This document shows, piece after piece, positions 6,679-15,243 of a DNA stretch of 16,985 bases (position 1 is the first letter of the stretch; every line of letters begins with the position of its first letter). Origin of the DNA: Fidelibacterota bacterium (lineage in GTDB: Bacteria; Fidelibacterota; UBA2242); assembly GCA_049975265.1 (NCBI GenBank), contig JBNGDF010000041.1:1-16985 (forward strand), in the 5' to 3' direction. A model generated the notes under the pieces. It saw only the letters and a program-made list of their open reading frames with translations, did no database searches and had not been told where the DNA came from. A program made the position numbers and the translations under genes.

Positions 6679-9600
6679 TTAACGCATTACAATCTGCTTG
6701 TCCTGCAAACCGAGATATTTTTGCCGAAATAGATTGGCGATATCTTCGCTGGCAAAAGCCCCGGTCAGGACGTAGGAACCTGAAGTACCGGATTTTATAT
6801 AGCTGAAATTCCGGACTTCCTGATGACGGTTTGAAATCGATTCAACCCGATCCGCCGAGCGGTGTTCACCCAGCAGAATCGAATAGGGCAGGTGAACGGG
6901 CACAAAGTCGCCTTCAAACCCGAGAAACTGCAGTTCGAACAGCTTGTTCCGGGCGTCGGACTCCTTCTGAAAGTTACCGTAGCAGACGATATACCGTCTG
7001 TCGCCCGGACTGCTGAAATCGACGGTGATGAAGGCATCGGTCAGTCCCTCGCGGATAAAGGATGCCGTATAGCGTCGGGCTGCTGCCAGCGAAGCGGTAT
7101 TGGCAATACGAATTGAATAGGGTGTAGAGGGCTCTAATCGCCGAACCGGCGCACTCTCCATTGCCGGGAGCGGTCGGGTGCCCGGTTTTCCACCAGTGAA
7201 TCCGGCTGGCGGTTGTGTGGATGGTTGTTTTGGCGGCGGTGCCGGCGATACCTGCGGTTTTGTCTCCGGCGTTTCAGTCCGGCTGTTTTGCGGTGAGGTG
7301 GTTTTTGGTGGATATGTGGCTTGCGGTTGCACATTGTACTTTTCCCGCAGATCCTGGAGCTCTTCGGGCACAACTATTTCGGCGCCGGTGTCGGTGACGA
7401 CCGCTTCGGGAACCATATCGGTGGTGGTATCGATTACTGCGCTTGGCTCAGGTATTGTGGGTGGTGCCTCTTTCTGTGTGCAGGATTTGACCCGGCTGGA
7501 GATAAAACAACCTCCGCCGATAAATAAGATGATCGCACCAAGAAGCGCTGCCACACGCCATTTGCGGATCCGGTCGATAATAGTGGCATGCAGACCTTCC
7601 TGCTCACTGATGAACCACTTTTCCAACAATGCCAGGATTTTATTTTTCGGCTCGGGGACTTTTGCATCGCCGTAGGTATACTGATATTCATAGCCGTAGT
7701 GGTAGTCAGCGTAATCAGCGCTGACGTCAGCCTTCATACCGTTTATCGCCACGCCGAGCACGTCGGCTTTGACCATTTCCAGCTGATTTTTCGAGCGTCG
7801 TAAGGTACCTCTGGAAATTTTTCCCTGGTAATAGACCAGCAAGGTCGTATCAACTTTGGACGCCAGAACCGTGGAATCGGTCGCCTGAATCACCGGTGCC
7901 GTATCGAAAATGATCAGGTCATAACGCTCTTTCAGGTCACTGATGACCTTATCCATCACTTTGGAGGCAATAATTTCCGACGGATTGCGCTCATGTTTGC
8001 CGGCGGTCAAAATGTTCAGATATTCGATTCCGGGAATATTATCCGTCCGAAAGGTGTCCGTAGCCATGGTGCCCATCATCAGGTCACTCATAGTGCGGAT
8101 GACTGAATCCAGATCGTCGCGGCGCAGAACCACATCGGTCAATCCCGGTTCACGCTCAATACCGAACAGTTTGGAGATGCGCGGTTTGCGCAGATCGGAT
8201 TCCACCAGAATGGTATTCAGCCCGATTTGTGCCATGGAGACCGCCAGATTGACGGCAATGGTGGTCTTACCTTCGCTGGCAACTGACGAAGTGATCATCA
8301 TGCATTTGTAGCCTTTATCCATCAAACCGAAGTTGATATTGGTTCGCAAAGCCCGGAAAGCCTCAGCCATGGTGGATTTCGGATTGTAATGCGATACAAG
8401 CCGGGCTTGCATCTCCAGGATTTCATCGGGAATCGGTGAGTCAATTTTCTCCAGCAGCTGTTCCTTGATGTCTTCAATGTCCACGTAAGGGACGATTCCC
8501 ACCACGGTGGTGTCCAGGGTTTTCTCGATGTCGTCAATCGTGCTGAAAGTGGTGTCGAGAGTCTCCGCCACGAATGCCAGAATGACGCCCAGGATGATGC
8601 CGATGACGGTTCCAATTGCCGTTGTCGGTCCGATCATCGTGGGATTGACGGGATTGGTCGGCATAAAAGCCGGTTTAATCAGAAATACCTCGTTGACCAT
8701 CTCGGACTGTTTGATCAGCGCTTCCTGATGGCGGACTTCCAGATTTTGGTAGATTTCTTTGTTGATTTCCAACTCCCGCTCGAGATTCTGCATATTGAAA
8801 TCCATGAGCGGAATCGAACGATAGTCGGTGTTTAATTTTTTCCAGCGTTCATAGACATTATTTTCTGTCTGAACGAGGGTCTCCCGATAGGTTTTCAGCT
8901 CTTCAATAAATCGCCGTCGGCGGGATTCAATCTGGTGCTGGTTTTCCACTACCGACGGATGATTTTCGGTATAATATTGTAATAGCTGGCGTTGTTCGGA
9001 AGCCAGCTGATTCAATTGCGATTGCAGAGCGTTCAATACCGAGTTTTGCCGATTGAGTAAGAGATTGAAAGATATATAGTAGATGTAATCGGGATTCTGA
9101 TCAACCTCATATAGTATATTGTCAATCTGGTTTATATCGGAACGCAGCTGTTCGAGTTCTTCCTGTAAGGCGGTAATTTCGTTGCTCAGCCGCGACACCG
9201 TACCTTCGAGTAAGAGCAGGTTATTTTTATTTTTATATTCACGCAGCTTGCGTTCGGCATTTTGATAATTTTGTTCCGCCTGAGCCAGCTGTTTCGTAAT
9301 GGTCTGCATAGCCTTAATGGCTTTAGAGTTTTTAATCTGAAAGCTCTCTTCGATATATACCTGAGCCAGGGCATTGGCGAAGTCAGCGGTTCGTTTTGGA
9401 TCGTAATCGGTAATTACGATATGAATGATGTTGGTGAGACCCTCCTGCTCCGTGCGGACACGCTTTTTCAGACGGTCGACGATACTGTAATACTCGGGAT
9501 TGTTGCGAATCTCCTCTGATGTCAGACTGGAATCCAGCAGCCCCATCCGCTGAGCGGCTTTTTCCACCATGGGGATGCTCTTGATTTCTTCGCCCCGGGA

Positions 9601-9831
9601 CGCCATTTCATCGCCGGCATACCAGTTAAAGCTCTGCAGATACATACCGGTCAGGTCGGTGGATTTTTCGATTTTCAGGCTGGCGGTTGCCTGATACATG
9701 GGGGTCGGTTTATTCATCAGCGCAAAAATAAAGCTGAAACTACCCAGCATAATGACCGTCACGATGACGATAATTTTCTTCTTTTTGATAATTCGCCAGT
9801 AGTCGCGCAGATTTAGTTCATAGGATGCCAT
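6679..9831 (-). CDS. wzc: Wzc/GumC-family polysaccharide co-polymerase and BY-kinase with a C-terminal TM, Pro/Thr linker and tandem SPOR-like extension
   Basis: N-terminal ELNLRDYWRII plus TM1, periplasmic coiled coils and TM2 (TAIGTVIGIILGVILAFV). The kinase has AEAFRALRTN, Walker A SSVASEGKTT, A' VESDLRKP and B IIFDTAP, then the Tyr cluster DYADYHYGYEYQYTYG. About 320 extra residues follow. Confidence 0.93.
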   Translation of the reverse strand: MASYELNLRDYWRIIKKKKIIVIVTVIMLGSFSFIFALMNKPTPMYQATASLKIEKSTDLTGMYLQSFNWYAGDEMASRGEEIKSIPMVEKAAQRMGLLDSSLTSEEIRNNPEYYSIVDRLKKRVRTEQEGLTNIIHIVITDYDPKRTADFANALAQVYIEESFQIKNSKAIKAMQTITKQLAQAEQNYQNAERKLREYKNKNNLLLLEGTVSRLSNEITALQEELEQLRSDINQIDNILYEVDQNPDYIYYISFNLLLNRQNSVLNALQSQLNQLASEQRQLLQYYTENHPSVVENQHQIESRRRRFIEELKTYRETLVQTENNVYERWKKLNTDYRSIPLMDFNMQNLERELEINKEIYQNLEVRHQEALIKQSEMVNEVFLIKPAFMPTNPVNPTMIGPTTAIGTVIGIILGVILAFVAETLDTTFSTIDDIEKTLDTTVVGIVPYVDIEDIKEQLLEKIDSPIPDEILEMQARLVSHYNPKSTMAEAFRALRTNINFGLMDKGYKCMMITSSVASEGKTTIAVNLAVSMAQIGLNTILVESDLRKPRISKLFGIEREPGLTDVVLRRDDLDSVIRTMSDLMMGTMATDTFRTDNIPGIEYLNILTAGKHERNPSEIIASKVMDKVISDLKERYDLIIFDTAPVIQATDSTVLASKVDTTLLVYYQGKISRGTLRRSKNQLEMVKADVLGVAINGMKADVSADYADYHYGYEYQYTYGDAKVPEPKNKILALLEKWFISEQEGLHATIIDRIRKWRVAALLGAIILFIGGGCFISSRVKSCTQKEAPPTIPEPSAVIDTTTDMVPEAVVTDTGAEIVVPEELQDLREKYNVQPQATYPPKTTSPQNSRTETPETKPQVSPAPPPKQPSTQPPAGFTGGKPGTRPLPAMESAPVRRLEPSTPYSIRIANTASLAAARRYTASFIREGLTDAFITVDFSSPGDRRYIVCYGNFQKESDARNKLFELQFLGFEGDFVPVHLPYSILLGEHRSADRVESISNRHQEVRNFSYIKSGTSGSYVLTGAFASEDIANLFRQKYLGLQDKQIVMR

Positions 9832-9853
9832 TTACAGCTCAATTTAGTATCTA

Positions 9854-11083
9854 TTAAATATTAAGAATTAAGTATATGGTAAGTCCGGCGGTGATCACCG
9901 AGAAGATAATCTGAAGCGGTTGCAGCTTTTCTGAGAGTCGATAGATGAAGCCACGTCTGCGTTTTTGGACAATGATCCGGTCACCATCTTCGAGAAATAC
10001 GTTTTTGCTGTCGTCGCGTTTGAACAGAAAATCCTCCAGATTGAATACAACCGGTCGTCCCTGTCGTCGGGTCACCACTATTTCGCGCAGGTCGGCTTCG
10101 TCCGTAACACCGCCGATATTGGCTAAAAATTCTGCCAGTTGGATATTTCCTTCGATAGGGTAAATCCCCGGTCGAACGACTTCACCGAAGATAAACACAT
10201 TTCTGGAGCTCAGCTCCAGAACATCCACGGTGACCACGGGTTCACGGAAGTAGCGCCGCGCCATCTCGGCTAAAATTTCCTGGGATTTATCCACGGTCAA
10301 TCCGCCCAGATGGACCAGCCCGAACAGGCGATGAAAAATATTTCCTTCACTATCAATAACATAGGTTTCTGATTGAGCCGGGTTAGTCTCCATCAACGCC
10401 ATTTCATTAATGGCAATCTCCAGGACGTTGCCGTACTGGAGCACATAATTCTTCGAGAGACGACCATATTTCTCCTGGACTTTGAAGCGGGGCACGATGA
10501 CTTTGTCTTTGTCTTTCAGAATAACATTATTTACGGGATCGTTGGTGAACAGGTATTTTTCCATGTCGAAAATAATCTTATTGCCGTCGCTGCGATTGAT
10601 CGTGATTCGGGAAAGATCGGCTTCGGGAGATGTACCGCCGTTTTCGATGATAAACTCCGCCACCCGGGTATTGGGTTTGATGGAAAAAACTCCGACTCGG
10701 GAGACTTCACCGTAGAGAATCACCTTGATTGTCGTCTTTTCCAGTACATTGACCGCCACCCGGGGTTGATTAAAAAATTGCGAAAAGCGGTCAATCAGAA
10801 GAGCCTCCGCTTCTCCCACTGTCAGCCCTGCCAACGAAACGGTGCCGAGCAGTTCGTGAAAGATGGTGCCGTCCGGGCGGAGGGTAAAAATGTTGCTGCG
10901 CTGAATCGGATTACCTCTGGCGTCAACATCAATGTAAGAAATGGTGATTTTATCGGCGACCTGCAACATGATCATGGCATCAGTGTCGGATTCAATGGTA
11001 AGGGTATCCGTCTGCGAATATCCGAACCAGAAGTTGGTCAAAAGCAGAATGCCCAAGACCGTAAATTTGAACATATTTCTCAT
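9854..11083 (-). CDS. wza: Polysaccharide export (OPX/Wza-like) protein with two Poly_export+SLBB modules
   Basis: Signal peptide; repeated G.IFH.L.G.V.L.GLTV...P.V.V.V...V.(L/I)(Y/F)GEV.R.G and ADL..I...R...L.D.D...V motifs; C-terminal hydrophobic helix; directly upstream of wzc. Confidence 0.88.
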   Translation of the reverse strand: MRNMFKFTVLGILLLTNFWFGYSQTDTLTIESDTDAMIMLQVADKITISYIDVDARGNPIQRSNIFTLRPDGTIFHELLGTVSLAGLTVGEAEALLIDRFSQFFNQPRVAVNVLEKTTIKVILYGEVSRVGVFSIKPNTRVAEFIIENGGTSPEADLSRITINRSDGNKIIFDMEKYLFTNDPVNNVILKDKDKVIVPRFKVQEKYGRLSKNYVLQYGNVLEIAINEMALMETNPAQSETYVIDSEGNIFHRLFGLVHLGGLTVDKSQEILAEMARRYFREPVVTVDVLELSSRNVFIFGEVVRPGIYPIEGNIQLAEFLANIGGVTDEADLREIVVTRRQGRPVVFNLEDFLFKRDDSKNVFLEDGDRIIVQKRRRGFIYRLSEKLQPLQIIFSVITAGLTIYLILNI

Positions 11084-11141
11084 GAATTTCCTATTGATAC
11101 TTTTTTGACAAAACCAAGGGAGGTTACGGACATTGATTCGC

Positions 11142-11516
11142 TTAGAAGGAAAACCCGGTGACGACTTTTGCCAGGACGCTATTCGATAAATAGTTCAAAT
11201 CAATCGGTTTGGTGATATAATCCGAGGCTCCGTTTTTCAATGCATCCAGCGCAATTTCCTTATCCGCCAGCCCGGTGATCATGATAATGCCGAGGTCTGC
11301 GTATTTGGGTCTGATTTTCTTCAGAAATTCAATGCCGTCACCGTCGGGAAGTTTGATATCCAGCAGTAGGATAGCCGGCTTGAAAGCTTCCAGCTGAGCC
11401 CAGGCTTCCGCCTGCGTATAAGCCTTGGCGACTTCGTATCCCTTCTGAAGCAAAAAATCTTCCAAAAGTTCTACAATCTTGTGTTCATCGTCAACAATTA
11501 GAATTTTTGTCTTCAT
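11142..11516 (-). CDS. Single-domain response regulator (receiver only)
   Basis: ILIVDDE, phospho-acceptor LLLDIKLPDGDG, IIMITG and GASDYITKP; no output domain. Confidence 0.95.
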   Translation of the reverse strand: MKTKILIVDDEHKIVELLEDFLLQKGYEVAKAYTQAEAWAQLEAFKPAILLLDIKLPDGDGIEFLKKIRPKYADLGIIMITGLADKEIALDALKNGASDYITKPIDLNYLSNSVLAKVVTGFSF

Positions 11517-11580
11517 ACGCTTTTTCTCTCTGGTGCAATTTAATTATCTATTCTTACTTAGTCAAATTATTAATACCGGT

Positions 11581-12750
11581 TTAATAGCGAAAGAATTCGG
11601 TACATCCTTTGGAACAGACCGGGAACTTTTTATGAGTACGGATATATCGGCGATAATCGCAGTAGGTCTCGTTGTTCCAGATTTCGCTGAAACGGTTCTC
11701 CCGGATATTGCCGGTGACGAAATTCATACTGTGATAGGGACGCACCGTTCCGTCGGGGAAAATATAGGAGGTCATCCAGAGGCTCATGCAGCGATTGCGG
11801 TAGGAACCGGCTTCGAATTCGAACTGCGAGTACCAGCGCCGGGTTTCAGCGTCGTTTAAGTTCGGATAGACGCTGATATCGGTTTTTGAGCGGCGGGCTT
11901 TGGCTGCTTTAAGTTCTGTGATAAGATACTCCACATCAATTTCCGGCAATGTGTCCCGGGCAAAGCCGATCCAGTCGGTGGGTCGCTGATGAAATCTGCG
12001 GCTGAAGCTATCTAAAAATTGATTGACCGTCGGTTTGGCTAAAAAGAGTAAGTGATGAAAGGTCAATCCATCGGCATTGATGCTTTCGGCAATTGTGATG
12101 ATGTCGTTGATGTGACGGTGATTTTCTTCCCAAAGGGTGCTGTTTATATTAATCAGGGGGTGTTTACGGGAGTATTTTTGCTTGAGCTGGTTGAGGCGTT
12201 GAAATCCCTCCATGGAGAGCTTGTAAGTACCCGGCACTCTTCTGATGGCATCGTGAATTTCGGCGGGACCGTCGAGGGAGAAGATAATTTCATCCAGCCG
12301 GGATTCAATAATCTGTTCGGCGTATTTCCGGATAAAGGTTCCGTTGGTGACGATGTTGCAGCGCAGACCGGCGCTCTTGACCGATTTGATAATTTTGAAC
12401 CAGTCGGGATGCAGAAAAGGTTCTCCGCCGAAAAGGGTAATGTTGGGCTTGAAATGATGAATGTCGGCGATGACCGACCGGATTTCATCAAGACTGAGCT
12501 GCTGCTTCAGGATGTCTCTACTGTATTCGTTAAAGGCACCCGCATCGCCCCACTGACCGCACATGCGACAGCGCAGGTTGCAGCGGTAGGTCAGAAACAG
12601 TGAAATTGTTTCCGGCCAGTAACTTCGCCCGTGCTTATCGAGATGATAGGAGAGCGCTGAACGGGTACGGTGGATCAGATTTTGGGTGGCATATAGTGGT
12701 TGCGTTGCCGATTTTTTCAGGGTGCGCAGGAGATTTTTTCTGGGTATCAT
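11581..12750 (-). CDS. Radical SAM enzyme with C-terminal SPASM/Twitch-type domain
   Basis: CNLRCRMC (CxxxCxxC), GGEPFLH, VTNG and SLDGPAEIHDAIR; C-terminal CMSLW...PDGTVRP..GNI....SEIWN...C...C. Confidence 0.93.
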   Translation of the reverse strand: MIPRKNLLRTLKKSATQPLYATQNLIHRTRSALSYHLDKHGRSYWPETISLFLTYRCNLRCRMCGQWGDAGAFNEYSRDILKQQLSLDEIRSVIADIHHFKPNITLFGGEPFLHPDWFKIIKSVKSAGLRCNIVTNGTFIRKYAEQIIESRLDEIIFSLDGPAEIHDAIRRVPGTYKLSMEGFQRLNQLKQKYSRKHPLININSTLWEENHRHINDIITIAESINADGLTFHHLLFLAKPTVNQFLDSFSRRFHQRPTDWIGFARDTLPEIDVEYLITELKAAKARRSKTDISVYPNLNDAETRRWYSQFEFEAGSYRNRCMSLWMTSYIFPDGTVRPYHSMNFVTGNIRENRFSEIWNNETYCDYRRYIRTHKKFPVCSKGCTEFFRY

Positions 12751-12757
12751 AGGAGAA

Positions 12758-13516
12758 TCAAATCATGATTTTAAATTGAAAGGGAGAAGAGCTGCTGCCG
12801 AGAATTACGCTGTTTTCACCGGGCTGGAGAACCGCTTTATAATTCGATATATTGCCGCCGATCTGTTTGCCGTTGACAATGGTTCCCAGGCTGCTGCCGC
12901 GATCCAGTATGTACATCTCGTTTTCGTGCAGGTTGATGGACATGTGGTTTTTCGAAACGTTGTAGGGCACATTATCGTCGATAGAGAGATCGTTGTTGGT
13001 AAAAATGGCGTCGGAAATGTGGTTGCTGTTGCGACCGATCTTAAAGGGGAATTTAGTAATCACCAGATCTTTTCCCTTGATCACTTCTGCGGCTTCTTTG
13101 GTCACACCGCTGAATCTGACTTGAGTGATATTCTCAGCGGGACTACTGCTTCTGCCGCCGATCTGATTTTCCAGCCGGACCACCAGATCGTTGGTCTGGC
13201 GCAGCCTTTCGAAAAAAGCGCGCAGGATGGGAATGATAAAGGACTTTTTGTCTTCCAGAAGCCCGAGAAAGTCTTCCCGGGTAATCTCGTCGACAACAAC
13301 CTCCGATTTGGCAACTATGGAGGCTGAGCGGGGCTTGTCTTCGATCAGTCCCATTTCCCCGAAAATCTCCTCCGCTTCCAGCAGCGCCAGTCGAAAGTTT
13401 TCGTGCCTGGTTTTCTTTAAAACCTCAACGGTACCGCTTTTCAGAATATAGGCGGTAGCTCCGAAACTCCCCTCCTGGATAACTGTCTCGCCGGAACGAT
13501 ATCTGATTTCTCTCAT
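12758..13516 (-). CDS. Cyclic nucleotide-binding domain + FHA domain protein
   Basis: N-terminal cNMP domain (VIQEG, YILKSGTVEV, phosphate-binding cassette FGEMGLIEDKPRSAS). C-terminal FHA domain (FKIGRN, VSKNH, ILDRGSSLGTIVNG). SD-like AAAGGT upstream. Confidence 0.88.
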   Translation of the reverse strand: MREIRYRSGETVIQEGSFGATAYILKSGTVEVLKKTRHENFRLALLEAEEIFGEMGLIEDKPRSASIVAKSEVVVDEITREDFLGLLEDKKSFIIPILRAFFERLRQTNDLVVRLENQIGGRSSSPAENITQVRFSGVTKEAAEVIKGKDLVITKFPFKIGRNSNHISDAIFTNNDLSIDDNVPYNVSKNHMSINLHENEMYILDRGSSLGTIVNGKQIGGNISNYKAVLQPGENSVILGSSSSPFQFKIMI

Positions 13517-13541
13517 AAATCTACCTTTTATTTGACTGATG

Positions 13542-13549
13542 CAAATATA
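13542..13549 (-). promoter_or_regulatory. Candidate promoter element TATATTTG (TAnnTTTG-type -7 box, also a TATATT -10-like hexamer) for the long operon
   Basis: Lies in the AT-rich 194-bp intergenic region about 25 nt upstream of the cNMP-FHA start. It is a motif match only; no convincing upstream -33/-35 element was seen. Confidence 0.3.
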
Positions 13550-13710
13550 TGCTTTTTATTTGTAAAATTAAATCTTAAAAATAGTAAAACGCAACGCTTA
13601 GCCGTTTACACAGAGCAGTTAGTAAAAATTAAACCTTCTCTGAGTTGTTTTGTGTAATAAGGGAAGCGGCTGAATCACCATCAGAGTGAGATAAAACGAA
13701 TCCCGATCCC

Positions 13711-15144
13711 TCAAATACAAAATTCTGCTCGCTGGTAATCGCCGGTGTGCGGATTGAAGTGGTACTCTTTTTGCCATGCGTTATAATTTTTGGTAACGGC
13801 GTCTACGGCGTCGGCGATCAGGTCGATTTCGGCATCGCGCATCGTAGGATGCAGGGAGATGCGGACCCAGCCGGGCTTGCTGCTGAGGTCGCCCTGATCG
13901 ATTTTCTTCGCGATCTCCCTGGATTTACGGGCGTCAATATGCAGCAGGACATGCCCGTATGTACCGGCACAGAGGCAGCCGCCCCGGGTCTGAATCCCGT
14001 AGCGGTCGTTCAGGAGGCGAACGAAGAGGTTGTGGTGAATATCGTAAGAGTAAAAGGAGATGAAAGCGATCCGGTGACGGTTCTGCGCCTCTAGCAGGAT
14101 TATGCGGTCATTTTTCTCCAATTGATCCATCAGCCGGTTCACTAAATAATGTTCCCGCGCCATGATTTTCGCGATCCCCATTTTTTCCTTGAGTAAAATC
14201 GCCAGTGCGGCGCGGATCGCCTGCAGGAAGCCGGGTGTGCCGCCGTCTTCGCGAATTTCGATGTCGTCGAAAAAGCGGTGGGCGTGCCAGGGATTGGTCC
14301 AGAGTACGGTGCCGCCTCCGGGGTGATCGGGAATCCGATTATGATACAGTTTTTTATTAAAAATTATAACGCCTGACGAACCGGGTCCGCCCAGGAATTT
14401 ATGGGGTGAGAAAAAAATCGCATCCAGGTACTGTTCCGGATGCTGCGGGTGCATATCAATATTGACATAGGGCGCCGAACCGGAAAAATCAACAAAACAG
14501 TAGCGACCGTATTTATGCATGATTTCAGCCATTTCGTGGATTGGTGTAATGATACCGGTGACGTTGGACGCCGCGGTAAAGGAGCCGATGATCGTTTTGC
14601 GGTGGCGGTTGGCATCGAGAATCGTCTGCAGATGGTCAAGATTCGGCGTGCCGTCATTCTTTTTGCATAAAATGACGGTATCGACGCAGCACTCTTCCCA
14701 GGTTGTCTGATTGGAATGGTGTTCCATGTGGGTGATAATAACAAGCGGACGCTCTGCCTCGCAAATTTTAATTTTATCCCGGTATTTTTCCGGAATCCGC
14801 AGCCCCAGAATCCGCTGGAATTTATTGATCACTGCGGTCATGCCGAATCCGGCGAAGAGTAAAACATCGTCGCTGGAGGCATGGCAATGGTGCTTGATTA
14901 TCTGATGTGCCTGGTGATAGGCGGAGGTCATTACCGTACCGGTCAGAGTGCTTTCGGTGTGGGTATTGGCGACAAAGGGTCCCAGCTCATTGATGATGTA
15001 GTTTTCGATCGACCGGTGCAGACGTCCGCTGGCTGCCCAGTCGGCGTAGACAATTGTCCGTTTCCCCGATGGAAACCGGTATTGTAAATCATTTCCGATG
15101 ATATCTTCCCGAAATGGTTCAAAATAGGATTCGGTTGATTTCAT
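13711..15144 (-). CDS. Aminotransferase class V PLP-dependent enzyme (cysteine desulfurase/selenocysteine lyase-like)
   Basis: YADWAASGR, ANTHTE, MEHHSNQ, AASNVTG, PLP-lysine motif SPHKFLGGPG, EDGGTP, RGGCLCAG and PGWVRISL. The ATG at 15144 (MKSTESYF) is preferred over the TTG at 15204. Confidence 0.9.
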   Translation of the reverse strand: MKSTESYFEPFREDIIGNDLQYRFPSGKRTIVYADWAASGRLHRSIENYIINELGPFVANTHTESTLTGTVMTSAYHQAHQIIKHHCHASSDDVLLFAGFGMTAVINKFQRILGLRIPEKYRDKIKICEAERPLVIITHMEHHSNQTTWEECCVDTVILCKKNDGTPNLDHLQTILDANRHRKTIIGSFTAASNVTGIITPIHEMAEIMHKYGRYCFVDFSGSAPYVNIDMHPQHPEQYLDAIFFSPHKFLGGPGSSGVIIFNKKLYHNRIPDHPGGGTVLWTNPWHAHRFFDDIEIREDGGTPGFLQAIRAALAILLKEKMGIAKIMAREHYLVNRLMDQLEKNDRIILLEAQNRHRIAFISFYSYDIHHNLFVRLLNDRYGIQTRGGCLCAGTYGHVLLHIDARKSREIAKKIDQGDLSSKPGWVRISLHPTMRDAEIDLIADAVDAVTKNYNAWQKEYHFNPHTGDYQRAEFCI

Positions 15145-15243
15145 CCGTCCGTTTGTCTTGTCAGGTTTACCATTCACCTGGTAAATATAAGCAATCCGGG
15201 ACAATGGCGCACCTTGAATTTTTTCGGGGTGTTTTCAAATCTG

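Noticed and set aside
10373..11161. Long plus-strand ORFs (also 2160..2819, 12052..12603, 12686..13327, 15834..16511)
   Set aside because: They are antisense to well-supported genes and have no recognisable motifs.
13451..13458. ops/JUMPStart element GGCGGTAG
   Set aside because: It is on the strand opposite to the operon and lies inside a coding sequence.
13711..15144. Calling the PLP enzyme sufS/iscS or linking it to the radical SAM enzyme
   Set aside because: It has RGGCLCAG rather than SufS RxGHHCA or IscS SSGSAC, no suf/isc neighbours, and a 194-bp gap separates it from the operon.
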